Source: a virus (lineage: Duplodnaviria; Caudoviricetes). From it: 26,184 nucleotides of DNA. Below are positions 7,931 through 16,866 of this stretch, piece by piece (within the stretch, counting starts at the first letter, position 1; each line of letters opens with the position of its first letter). The translations under genes and the position numbers were made by a program. Location: positions 1 through 26,184 of the IMG/VR virus record IMGVR_UViG_3300020173_001505; one strand, written 5' to 3'. Under the pieces are notes generated by a model, which was not told the DNA's origin, ran no database searches, and worked only from the letters and a program-made list of their open reading frames with translations.

Positions 7931-8092
7931 TTATTTGTATCTTAGTTGCTCTATCATTCTATTCTTGTATGGTGCAGCCATACGAGTATAGTATTTCTTG
8001 AATGTTCGGTAGGTTTTACGCTGAATTGCATTAGCGTTTTCCTTATCATACATCAGAGCTTTTCTGATTTTCTTTGCAGTTCTGCCGTTCAT
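7931..8092 (-). CDS. Small basic hypothetical protein (53 aa), missing from the ORF track
   Basis: MNGRTAKKIRKALMYDKENANAIQRKTYRTFKKYYTRMAAPYKNRMIEQLRYK*; fills the gap between the hairpin and ATG 7920 on the coding strand. Confidence 0.7.
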   Translation of the reverse strand: MNGRTAKKIRKALMYDKENANAIQRKTYRTFKKYYTRMAAPYKNRMIEQLRYK

Positions 8093-8102
8093 AAAATTAA
8101 TG

Positions 8103-8124
8103 GTCGGGGGCCGAAGCCCCCGAC
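8103..8124 (-). terminator. Extra-stable C(UUCG)G hairpin: terminator or mRNA-stabilising element
   Basis: GTCGGGGGC-TTCG-GCCCCCGAC, a perfect 9-bp stem 9 nt after the stop of 8134..8346; the U-tract is weak (CATTAATTTT). Confidence 0.75.
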
Positions 8125-8133
8125 TTAGATGAA

Positions 8134-8346
8134 TTAGCCGTTAAGAGTAACAGCCTGAATGCTGGTCTTAGCAAGCTTGCGCTCATAACCACCGTTACGG
8201 TCATACACAGTGATGTAAGCTGGACTCTCGGAGACGAACTGAGAGTTGATTGCTTCACCTTGAGTAGTGTAGAGGCCGAAGAATCGACCACGGGACTGAC
8301 GGATGGCATTAAGAGCCGACCTTTGTTTGTTGTTTAGTTGCTTCAT
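8134..8346 (-). CDS. Small basic protein, candidate Sm/Hfq-like fold
   Basis: 70 aa; an N-terminal helix (LNAIRQSR) then a beta-strand pattern ending LAKTSIQAV, aligning by eye with Hfq LNALRRER...VYKHAISTV. Confidence 0.5.
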   Translation of the reverse strand: MKQLNNKQRSALNAIRQSRGRFFGLYTTQGEAINSQFVSESPAYITVYDRNGGYERKLAKTSIQAVTLNG

Positions 8347-8351
8347 GCCTT

Positions 8352-8380
8352 ATATTATATATTTTTCAATCAAAAGTCAA
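8352..8380 (-). promoter_or_regulatory. Sigma70-type promoter (leaderless)
   Basis: TTGACT-N17-TAATAT-N5-ATG, with an overlapping TATAAT. Confidence 0.75.
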
Positions 8381-10699
8381 GAGTTTTTCGAGATTAATTG
8401 TGGTTTTTCCGTCTAAAATTGCGGTAGCCACGCGCTTTTTAATTTTGTTCTCAAATTCTTTGTTCAGAGCCTGAATTGCATTATCTTCACGATCAACCTT
8501 ATCAACAAAGTTTTTAATTAATTTAAAATCATAAACCAATTTGATATCATTAATGGCAAACTTCTTGTTCATCTGGTTGAGTTTGCTCCACAGCACTCGG
8601 CGCAAGTCTCTTTTAGTTAATTGACTAAAAAATATATTGCTGGTAAAATACTTGGAGAGGTCTGGAGAAATCTTTGGGCGAGGCACTTCTTTGCTGCCAC
8701 TGAAGCCCATGCTTTTCTCTTCAAGAGTATCTCCAGTAAGAAAGAACTTGCAATTAGAAAAATCCGCAATCTCTCCAGAGTTCATATGAATTTTGCCTTC
8801 TTTGAAAATCTCGGTAAACAGAGAATGAGTTGATGGATTCATTTTGTGGAAATCATCAATAATGATGATACTGTTCGGTTCCATCAAAACCTTTTCGCAC
8901 AAAGATGTGTTGTTATTAAACTGCGGGACAATTTTATAATTAGCATAGTGATCTGAAAAATGAACACCATTATAGTATAGGACGGTTGCGCCGCTCATTT
9001 CAAGCGACTCTTTCAAAAGCTTCACAAACATTGTTTTGCCACTGTATTTGAATCCGTTGACGCAAAAAATAGGCATACCACCTTCGGAATTGTCAAAACC
9101 CAAATTAGAAAGCTTTAACTCTTCTTCTAGTTTTTTGATTTCTGGTTTATTGCCGACAAAGTTTTCTTTAACGTGCTGGAAGAATCCTTGCACGACTGTT
9201 TGTTTGTTTAGAAGGTTCTCTTTTTTATCGAAAAAATCTTTTAGTTCTTCTAAGGTAACATCTGCTGGAGAGTCTTGTTTATCTACAACCCAATCCAAAA
9301 ATTTAGATTCAAACTCAACAAACAACTGCGATACATCTTCTCCGTTTGGTGTTTCAATAAGTTGGTTTTTGAGATTCTTTACATCACCATCCATGTTCCA
9401 GAATTTTACTTTAGCTTGTGCGCCGCAATGGTCGATCACATCCACAGCTTTATCTGGATAGCATTTGTTAGGCATAAAGCGTTCACAATATTCAATAACA
9501 TTATCAAGAAATTCTTTTGAATATTTGACATGGTGAAAATCCTCATAAAACTCTACAAGAGAAGGAAGGATTTTATTCATTTGGAACTTGGATGGTTCAC
9601 GCACAGTAACTCGCTCAAAACGGCGATCTAATGCGCTATCCTTCTTGATTGTGTTTGTATACTCGTTTATAGTAGTTGCGCCAATACAGCTAATTGTGCC
9701 TCGCGCAAGTTCTGGTTTAAGTATATTGGATGCCTCCAGTGAATTTTCTTGTGTTCCTCCTGCGCCCACCAAAGTGTGAACCTCGTCAATAAATAGAATA
9801 AGGTTTTCATACTTTTTTGTTTCGTTGACAAAATTTTCTAAACGTTCCTCAAACTGTCCACGGTATTGCGTTCCAGCAACCATGCTCGAAAGACTTAATG
9901 AATAAATTACTTTGTCAGATAGTAATTCGGGAGCTTTGCCATTCACAATGGAAGAAGCTAGTCCTTCAACGATGCTTGTCTTGCCGCAACCCGCAGGGCC
10001 AACCAAAATAGCATTTGGTTTTTTCTTTCTGCACAGGATAGTTGCCAATTCTTCAATTTTCCCGTCAAAATCAATCACTTTGTCAAAATCACCTTTCATT
10101 GCCTTAAGATTTAGGTTTTCGGCAAATTGAGAAAGAATCTTGTTGTCGTTAAACATGTCAAGAGTTTGAGAAGTTTTTTCTTCTTCTTTTTGATATTCTT
10201 GTATGTCGTCAAATGGATTAAGAGAAAACAATTCATGGTCTTCGTCTTTGAGGTAGGCCGTAGTTTTGTAGATTAAGTCGTCTGCAAGTTCATTGTGGCT
10301 TCCATCCTCAAAGAATAAATTTTTAATAGTTGGTGTGGCAAATCTTTCGTCAAAAAGATTGATAAAGATTATCTCTGGTGCAACATAATCTAATTCAAAA
10401 GTTTCAAAGGCAATTTCTTCACAAGCCTCAAAAAACTTTTTGAGTTTTGGAGTAAATGTTATTTTGCCGTTGTAATCCTTATGTTTCTTTTTGCGACTAA
10501 GCCTTTTGAAAGAATCAAAAGAAAGCTGATTTAAAATATCTGTATTTTCAATAATAGTAACACAGCCAAGATTGAAATTAGCAAAGAAAACTGCGGCAAA
10601 CAATTCTACATCAACGCTCTTAAACTGCAACTCCTTTGCTGCGTTAATGCTTTTGCGAAAAATTCCTTGAGTTTTTTGTAGATATTTATCAATTTCCAT
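8366..10699 (-). CDS. ClpA/ClpC-like AAA+ ATPase (Hsp100)
   Basis: Clp N-domain-like start; NBD1 GPAGCGKT, AGTQYRGQFEERL, LFIDEVH, ILKPELARG, ALDRRF, PDKAVDVID; degenerate NBD2 with GFKYSGKT, IIIDDF, ADFSN and an MGF loop. Confidence 0.9.
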   Translation of the reverse strand: MEIDKYLQKTQGIFRKSINAAKELQFKSVDVELFAAVFFANFNLGCVTIIENTDILNQLSFDSFKRLSRKKKHKDYNGKITFTPKLKKFFEACEEIAFETFELDYVAPEIIFINLFDERFATPTIKNLFFEDGSHNELADDLIYKTTAYLKDEDHELFSLNPFDDIQEYQKEEEKTSQTLDMFNDNKILSQFAENLNLKAMKGDFDKVIDFDGKIEELATILCRKKKPNAILVGPAGCGKTSIVEGLASSIVNGKAPELLSDKVIYSLSLSSMVAGTQYRGQFEERLENFVNETKKYENLILFIDEVHTLVGAGGTQENSLEASNILKPELARGTISCIGATTINEYTNTIKKDSALDRRFERVTVREPSKFQMNKILPSLVEFYEDFHHVKYSKEFLDNVIEYCERFMPNKCYPDKAVDVIDHCGAQAKVKFWNMDGDVKNLKNQLIETPNGEDVSQLFVEFESKFLDWVVDKQDSPADVTLEELKDFFDKKENLLNKQTVVQGFFQHVKENFVGNKPEIKKLEEELKLSNLGFDNSEGGMPIFCVNGFKYSGKTMFVKLLKESLEMSGATVLYYNGVHFSDHYANYKIVPQFNNNTSLCEKVLMEPNSIIIIDDFHKMNPSTHSLFTEIFKEGKIHMNSGEIADFSNCKFFLTGDTLEEKSMGFSGSKEVPRPKISPDLSKYFTSNIFFSQLTKRDLRRVLWSKLNQMNKKFAINDIKLVYDFKLIKNFVDKVDREDNAIQALNKEFENKIKKRVATAILDGKTTINLEKLLTFD

Positions 10700-13256
10700 G
10701 TTTTTTAAGATCGCCTAGTTTCATAAGAACAGAAGAGTTAATAATTTTTACAGATTCTGCAAACGATGTATTGTTGTCGCTTCTTCTGCCGAAAATCACA
10801 ACTATATCCTCCTTCTTTAATGGACTCTTTTTATTATCTTCAAGAAATTCTGTTAAATTTTCTGAATTACGATTATCCATGAGAAGGAATTTGTGATCAC
10901 TGGTGTTGTCACTACCAAAGATCATCATATACTTATTACCATTTCTTGAAGTCCTTGTAAAGCAATCTTTTACCTGAAACACGGCCTTGAAGCTTGAATT
11001 GGCAGACAGATTGTTTGCGTCCTTAAGGCTAGTGAGTGTTCCATACTGATCTGTAAAGCAATCAGTGAGATCAAAAGAATAGCTATAGCCAAGCAATGAA
11101 TTTTCATACCACCAATATGTAAACTTATGATGCTTTTTATTTTCATTATAAATACTGCGGTATTGATTAAATTTATTTTTGAAAGTTGTGAACCTGCTAG
11201 GCTTCATTATTGGTCTGCCATCGTCTGCAAGAACTTGTTTTTCAACCGCATCTGCAATCGAATCAAGAATATCAAAATTATATTTCTCGCCAATCTTTTC
11301 AAAATTACGTTTTTCGCGATCTGTAAGAATGTTAAATGCTTGAGCTTCAAGAACCAAGCGAATACGATTATCTGTATTGCTGTCCATTGTGCCAGCCTGA
11401 ATCAAGGCAGCAAGCACAGAGATGTTTATGCCGCACTCTTTGGCCGCTGTGAAGGCGTGATACTTATTTTCGAATGAGTGACCACGGAAAGCAACTAAGC
11501 TCTCTAGAGCCTTCATAGAGATTCCCTTGATGCTATTGAGGCCGTAACGAATGTTGTTTCCTTCAATTTGGAAATTCAGCCCAGACTTAAACAAGTCGGG
11601 TGGAAGAAGTTTGATTCCAAAATCCGACAACTCCTGATTCACAGAAGAAATTGTTTGTAGCGGGTCTGGTTCAAACTCTGCTGCTTCCAGAACGCTCAAA
11701 AAGAATTCTTGTGGGTGTTTGTATTTAAGATAAACAGTTTTAGCCGCCAGAGTTGCATAAGCGAAACTGTGAGACTTATTGAACGAGTAGTTTGCCGCAG
11801 CTTCAAGAGCAGTCCAGAAGAAGTCTGCTACTCGTTGTTCCATACCTTTCTCTTCGGCGGCTTTGTAAATCTTTTCTTTCCAAGGTTGCATTTTATCAAC
11901 CAGCTTCTTACCCACAATACGGCGAACATCATCAGCATCTTGAAGTGAGAAACCGAATACTTGAGAAATACATTGCATCAGAGTTTCCTGATACAAGAAA
12001 ACATTCTTACTTTCTCTAAGCAGTTCGTCCATTACTGGATGAATGCCAAGTTCTTCGGGCGCGGTTTTTTGACGAATATAATCTCCAACAAACTGTAAGC
12101 TTGACGGACGAGCAAGAGCTACAACGTCAGAGAGTTCATTCAAGTCCATTGGTTTAACGTCCTGACAAACTTGGAAGTTTGTGTCAGCAGAAATCTGGAA
12201 AAGACCCATTGGGTGATTGAAGTCCTGCAAGATTCTGTAAATTTCATTGTCATTGGGATCAATATCCTCAAGGGATTTACCAATTTTCTGACATGTCTTG
12301 TGTGCAATTGTCAAAGTGCGTAGACCAAGAATATCAAACTTGACCATCAAATCAGCAACATCATGCATGTTGTAACCAGTAACAAGGTCGCCGTCTTTGG
12401 TGCGTTGCAGAGGAACGACATTTTCAATCTCCTGACTGCAAATTGCAATTCCTGATGGGTGAACACCTGTGTTTTTGATCAGGTCTTCAATGGCGATTGC
12501 ATATTCAATTGTTGTTTTATGTTTGGAACACCATTCATCAAACTTTTCACTTTCTTCTCTTGCTTTTTTAAGTGACAAAACTTTACCATGCAATTTTGGA
12601 ATTAAATCGCTAACATGCTTTGCTTCTTCTTCACTAGCTTCGTCAAAATATTTAGTCGCTTCGCGTATACAAAGTTTTGAGCTAAATGTATTAAAAGTCA
12701 AAATCTTTGCTGTTCGACCTGCATGAGTTTTTTCAATATACTCAATTACCTTACTACGCTTTTCGTAAGAAATATCATTATCAATATCTGGCAGCACACT
12801 ACCAACAAGAAACTCTTTGCCGTTTTTGTCTGTAACTTTACGCGCACGACTCTTGGAAACAAATCGTTCGAAGAACAGGCCGTGAGGAATTGGATCAATG
12901 TCTGTTACACCAAGAAGATAAAGCACAAGTGAACCCGCCGCACTACCACGACCACCGCCAACTGGAATGTCGTTGTCGTGACAGAAATTGATTACGTCCC
13001 AATTGAGTAAGATATAGTCGATAAAACCAAGTTCATCCAATGTAGTAAGCTCAAACTTTACGCGGTCAATGTATTCTTGATTCTTTTCGAGGCCGCGCTT
13101 CAGCATACCTTGATAGCAAAGCTTACGCACAATTTCATAATTCGAACTATTGTTTTTGAGTCCGAGTTTATCAAGCGTCTTCTTATCAACAGGAGTTTGA
13201 GGTAACTCAACACCCGCTGGTTCACAATCATCGTATGTTGTAAAATCTTTAAACAT
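10689..13256 (-). CDS. dnaE: C-family DNA polymerase (DnaE-like) catalytic subunit lacking the N-terminal PHP domain
   Basis: GRGSAAGSLV, LFFERF, PDIDND, HPSGI, KFDILGL, YSFNKSH, IRYGLNSIKGI and a C-terminal OB-like region. The likely start is ATG 13256 (TAATG overlap with the exonuclease stop). Confidence 0.95.
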   Translation of the reverse strand: MFKDFTTYDDCEPAGVELPQTPVDKKTLDKLGLKNNSSNYEIVRKLCYQGMLKRGLEKNQEYIDRVKFELTTLDELGFIDYILLNWDVINFCHDNDIPVGGGRGSAAGSLVLYLLGVTDIDPIPHGLFFERFVSKSRARKVTDKNGKEFLVGSVLPDIDNDISYEKRSKVIEYIEKTHAGRTAKILTFNTFSSKLCIREATKYFDEASEEEAKHVSDLIPKLHGKVLSLKKAREESEKFDEWCSKHKTTIEYAIAIEDLIKNTGVHPSGIAICSQEIENVVPLQRTKDGDLVTGYNMHDVADLMVKFDILGLRTLTIAHKTCQKIGKSLEDIDPNDNEIYRILQDFNHPMGLFQISADTNFQVCQDVKPMDLNELSDVVALARPSSLQFVGDYIRQKTAPEELGIHPVMDELLRESKNVFLYQETLMQCISQVFGFSLQDADDVRRIVGKKLVDKMQPWKEKIYKAAEEKGMEQRVADFFWTALEAAANYSFNKSHSFAYATLAAKTVYLKYKHPQEFFLSVLEAAEFEPDPLQTISSVNQELSDFGIKLLPPDLFKSGLNFQIEGNNIRYGLNSIKGISMKALESLVAFRGHSFENKYHAFTAAKECGINISVLAALIQAGTMDSNTDNRIRLVLEAQAFNILTDREKRNFEKIGEKYNFDILDSIADAVEKQVLADDGRPIMKPSRFTTFKNKFNQYRSIYNENKKHHKFTYWWYENSLLGYSYSFDLTDCFTDQYGTLTSLKDANNLSANSSFKAVFQVKDCFTRTSRNGNKYMMIFGSDNTSDHKFLLMDNRNSENLTEFLEDNKKSPLKKEDIVVIFGRRSDNNTSFAESVKIINSSVLMKLGDLKKHGN

Positions 13257-13879
13257 TATAAATCCAACGCTTTCTTCAATTTCAAAAATACTTGAAAACA
13301 CATCTTCGTGTCATACAAACTATTGTGCAACATTTTTTCATCAAAGTCAATATCAAACAGTTTCAACAACTGCAACTGACTCACGCTTTTGCTTCGACTT
13401 CCTTTTTCGTGCATAAGCTTGTATTGCCATCCTAAGAAGTCGGCCTTGGGTTTGCGAATGTCCTCGCGGTATGCCTTGCCCAAAGCCCTTGTGTCGTAAA
13501 TACGATCCAAATAGCTATAATCTGGAGTCTCGCCCAATAGCTTTTGCATGATTGCCACCATGTAAACGTCAAAACCTAGCAAATTTTGACCAACCACAAT
13601 ATATTCTGGATTAAGAAGAAACTTTTTCAACTCACCCCAAACTTTTTTCAATGATTGTTTTTCTCTGTTGTATTTATTTTGATTAAATCCTGTAAGCTTC
13701 TTGATCATGTCTGATAATTGCAAGTCTGGATAATCGACATACAAATCATGTTCAGAAATGATATTGTTGCCTTGTGTTTCTACCCAAGATACCTGCCAAG
13801 GTCGAGAATAACAAAGATTTAATCCTTCTGTTTCTACATCAAAAATGATGTATTTCTGATCGTGTTTAAGCTTTTTCAT
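13256..13879 (-). CDS. DEDDh 3'-5' exonuclease (DnaQ/PolC-exonuclease-like)
   Basis: ExoI FDVETEG, ExoII GQN..GFD, YDTR, ExoIII HNSLYD. Confidence 0.9.
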   Translation of the reverse strand: MKKLKHDQKYIIFDVETEGLNLCYSRPWQVSWVETQGNNIISEHDLYVDYPDLQLSDMIKKLTGFNQNKYNREKQSLKKVWGELKKFLLNPEYIVVGQNLLGFDVYMVAIMQKLLGETPDYSYLDRIYDTRALGKAYREDIRKPKADFLGWQYKLMHEKGSRSKSVSQLQLLKLFDIDFDEKMLHNSLYDTKMCFQVFLKLKKALDL

Positions 13880-14567
13880 GATATTCTTTCCAGCTTTCCC
13901 AACAAAATTCTTGAGAGCAAAAATGGTTTAGGTTTGGGTTTCCAAAATTTGGCGTTTTGCCTTGTGATCTATCGCACACGGCGCGAAGCATTTGAAACGC
14001 TTTGAAATCATCTCTGTTTTCATGGCAAATGGTTTTAACCAAACAGGTATTCTTGACTTTCATTTTTTCAAGTGCGCGTTTGATTTGAAAATCAAATGGA
14101 TGGAGATTATCTTCTATCATGTAGAAGTGATCGACACCATCCAAGTCTATATCGCTCATGCCGAAATGAAAAACGTTATTATAAATAAATGAATCATAAA
14201 ATGGAACACCGACTCTGATATTGTTAAGTGTTGTCTTAACTTCAGAGAAGTTCAATATATTTTCTTTTATTGTGTATGTCTTGGTATAAAGGTTTTTTAT
14301 TTCTTTGATACCATCGTTATTTTTGGCAAAAAATGCAAGCTTGCTCGTCTTTTCTTCAAAGCTATCCAATACTACTGGAAGTTTAATTCCGAAAACAAGC
14401 TTAATGTTTGCCTCCAAGCATTTCTGATTCAGTTCTCTGAAACCATAAAAGCTATCTTCCAAGACACACAATTCTTCCAAATTGCTTTCTTTAGCAAGCT
14501 CTACAATTTTATCTATTTTAAGTAGAGACTTGCCAACGCTATATTGCGATTTAAAAAGTGGAATCAT
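13866..14567 (-). CDS. Stand-alone, degenerate PHP domain of the polymerase
   Basis: IPLFKSQYS..S...I..IV..AKE, EDSFYG, NIKLVFG and FAKNNDGIK.I follow the DnaE PHP pattern, but the HxH metal ligands are absent. Confidence 0.85.
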   Translation of the reverse strand: MIPLFKSQYSVGKSLLKIDKIVELAKESNLEELCVLEDSFYGFRELNQKCLEANIKLVFGIKLPVVLDSFEEKTSKLAFFAKNNDGIKEIKNLYTKTYTIKENILNFSEVKTTLNNIRVGVPFYDSFIYNNVFHFGMSDIDLDGVDHFYMIEDNLHPFDFQIKRALEKMKVKNTCLVKTICHENRDDFKAFQMLRAVCDRSQGKTPNFGNPNLNHFCSQEFCWESWKEYHEKA

Positions 14568-14574
14568 CTACTTC

Positions 14575-14602
14575 ATGATATCCATTATTAAAAAAATGTC
14601 AA
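14575..14602 (-). promoter_or_regulatory. Sigma70-type promoter (leaderless) for PHP-exonuclease-dnaE-clp
   Basis: TTGACA-N16-TATCAT-N7-ATG in a 42-bp intergenic gap. Confidence 0.65.
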
Positions 14603-14609
14603 CAACTAA

Positions 14610-15803
14610 TTACAAAAGCTCACCTTGTTCTGGTTGCTTATTTTTTTTCTTTTTTAAAATAGAGAAGTCTACCAATGGAAGTTTGTGATGCACCCATTTA
14701 TCTTCAAAAATAAATACATCAAGGCCGTCAATAGTCCAGCCATGCTTCTTTAACAGGCCAGCGTAGAAACTCATTTGAAGAGCGTATTTTGTCAGCTTGT
14801 TTGCTGGCATATGATCGAATGGCGGCAATGGTTTATTATGAGATTCAATTGCGGTAGCATTGATATTTACCTTGTAGTCCTGAATACGCGCAATCTTTTT
14901 CTTAGAGTCGATAATACAAAGTCTGTCAACCAACCCACCCCAACCAGTAGCCGAATCTGTAATCAAAGCTTCTGCAACAATTTCTTCTGCGCCATAATCT
15001 TTGTCGAGCTTGTTGGTAATACGGCGCAAGGCTTTGATTGTTTGCTTAAGGAATGGGTGTTTTGGCATGGCGTAATTTTCCGCGCCGCCTTTTCCTGATT
15101 TCTTTCGAGCATCAGTAATACGCTTTCCAGCTTTTTCAAAATTAATGTAATGTTCCAGTGCTGCGTGAATCACGGTTCCGAAGTTCGCCGCAAGCATTCC
15201 GTTAGAGTTCCACATTTCTTGAATTTCGTCTGCTGAAACATCCCAATACCTAGAACATTGTTGAGAAATTTTATCAGCATCAAAAGGTTTAAAGAACCTC
15301 TTGATAAACGTAGTGCCACCTTGCAAAACTTTATATTCGCCGTTTTCACAGCGCATATTATAAATATGTTGTGTGTCATTAAAATCTACAATGACCTCTG
15401 GTTCAGAGAATGAACGCTTGGTAATAATAACATCAGTTGGAGAGTGGGTTTGCTTTGGAATTTTAAAACAAACATCAACACCTACAAGCTGACAACCTTC
15501 TTCATATTCTGGACTAATTTTTCCATCTTTCTCATACCATGCTTGTTCTACATTTGCAACAATAGTCTCAATGTGTTCATGACACCAAGACTGAATAATA
15601 AAAGCAACGCCTTCTTTTTTGCGCGGAACATAACCCAACTTTAAGCCCTTGTATTCTAAACGAATAGCTTTGTTGTCATAATTATTTTCTGGCTCAACAC
15701 ACAATTTAATTGGTGTGCCTTCTTTAATTTTTTCGTATTTTAATTCTGGATTGCTTTCAAGTGCGAAAGAAATTCCAGCAATACCTGCTGTGACCTTATT
15801 CAT
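14610..15803 (-). CDS. HIRAN domain fused to a PD-(D/E)XK (RecB/AddB-like) nuclease
   Basis: HIRAN signature EPENNYDNKAI...LGYVPR; nuclease motifs GTVIHAALE, E, GLVDRL, IQDYK, QMSFY; C-terminus QGELL. Confidence 0.8.
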   Translation of the reverse strand: MNKVTAGIAGISFALESNPELKYEKIKEGTPIKLCVEPENNYDNKAIRLEYKGLKLGYVPRKKEGVAFIIQSWCHEHIETIVANVEQAWYEKDGKISPEYEEGCQLVGVDVCFKIPKQTHSPTDVIITKRSFSEPEVIVDFNDTQHIYNMRCENGEYKVLQGGTTFIKRFFKPFDADKISQQCSRYWDVSADEIQEMWNSNGMLAANFGTVIHAALEHYINFEKAGKRITDARKKSGKGGAENYAMPKHPFLKQTIKALRRITNKLDKDYGAEEIVAEALITDSATGWGGLVDRLCIIDSKKKIARIQDYKVNINATAIESHNKPLPPFDHMPANKLTKYALQMSFYAGLLKKHGWTIDGLDVFIFEDKWVHHKLPLVDFSILKKKKNKQPEQGELL

Positions 15804-16866
15804 AATGGAATCTATAAAGTTTTTTGAATTTATTTAAGCTTGCAGTAAATGACTTATTGCCGCTTTTTTGTTTTTGCAGATATTGTTTGTTCATGTTTTC
15901 TGCAATTGAAATTATAGATTCACAAGAATCTTTATGATTAAAGGATTCACAACGCTCCTTGTATGATCTTATTTCATCAGCATTCATTTTTCCAAAATCA
16001 TTTTCATGTGGAGGCACAAAAAAGATTTTGTCAAAATCTATAACATCTAATAATTTAAAAATAGATTTGATAGAACCTTCGAATCCAGCGTTTCTTTCGC
16101 TTTCAAAGTCGTTGTTAAATGAAATATAAATACGTTTTAGGTTTAGAACAGAAAGTCGAGAAATAAATTTGGGTGACAAGCTAACTCCAAAAGCAACCAG
16201 TGTGTTGTGAATGCCTTGTTCATATAAAGAAAGGCAATCACCAATAGATTCAACAATATGAACAGATTGATTTTTGTCGATACTTGTTGGTATAGATTCA
16301 TTCAGGTAGAATGGATAAAACCAATTATTCTTTTTTCCAAGGTGAATCCATTTTGGGCCATCAAAATCTGCGGCCTTGCGCCCAGAAAAGCCGTGAATTC
16401 TTCCGTCCTGTCTTACGATAGGGAAAACAAAACGCCGATACATTTTTCCAGAAGTGGCTAATCCACTTTTAAAAATTTTTAAAGTATCTTCAGAAATGTT
16501 ACTATTGATTTTTTGATATAAATCGTATTGTGGTAGTAATTTTTCCAGACAAGATATTGAGTAGCTTTTTTCTTCGCTCAAAAGATTTTTTTTCTGTTGG
16601 TATTCTTGGTTAATTACACTTTTGGCATTTTTTAAAAAATTCCTGACTTCAATAGAGTCGCCAGAACCAATTGTTTTTTCTACTAATGCTTCAATTGGAA
16701 GATACATGGTATCTTCAACAAAGTCTTTCCAGACTCCGCTATCTTTGTAAATCTGAATAGCCTGTGGATTGTCGCCGCCTCTGTAAACCGCATTTGTTTG
16801 CCAGTAAGCGCCACAATCTTTTAGCTTATATCCAAGATTTTCTAATATGTCTTTAAAGTTGTTCAT
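15796..16866 (-). CDS. DnaG-like primase (TOPRIM)
   Basis: RFVFPI....GRIHGFSGR, PKW, IVESIGD, FNND, ENDFG; follows the helicase. Confidence 0.85.
   Translation of the reverse strand: MNNFKDILENLGYKLKDCGAYWQTNAVYRGGDNPQAIQIYKDSGVWKDFVEDTMYLPIEALVEKTIGSGDSIEVRNFLKNAKSVINQEYQQKKNLLSEEKSYSISCLEKLLPQYDLYQKINSNISEDTLKIFKSGLATSGKMYRRFVFPIVRQDGRIHGFSGRKAADFDGPKWIHLGKKNNWFYPFYLNESIPTSIDKNQSVHIVESIGDCLSLYEQGIHNTLVAFGVSLSPKFISRLSVLNLKRIYISFNNDFESERNAGFEGSIKSIFKLLDVIDFDKIFFVPPHENDFGKMNADEIRSYKERCESFNHKDSCESIISIAENMNKQYLQKQKSGNKSFTASLNKFKKLYRFHYE

Noticed and set aside
8103-8124. GC-rich hairpin as part of a tRNA or larger ncRNA
   Set aside because: It is a single stem-loop in a 41-bp gap between two ORFs; no cloverleaf and no room for one.
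8097-8309. Alternative-frame 70-aa ORF overlapping 8134..8346
   Set aside because: Runs through the hairpin, is Ser-rich, and lacks the promoter-aligned ATG of the other frame.
14610-15803. Cas4 or CRISPR-associated nuclease
   Set aside because: No C-terminal Fe-S cysteine cluster, and no array or other cas genes in the window.
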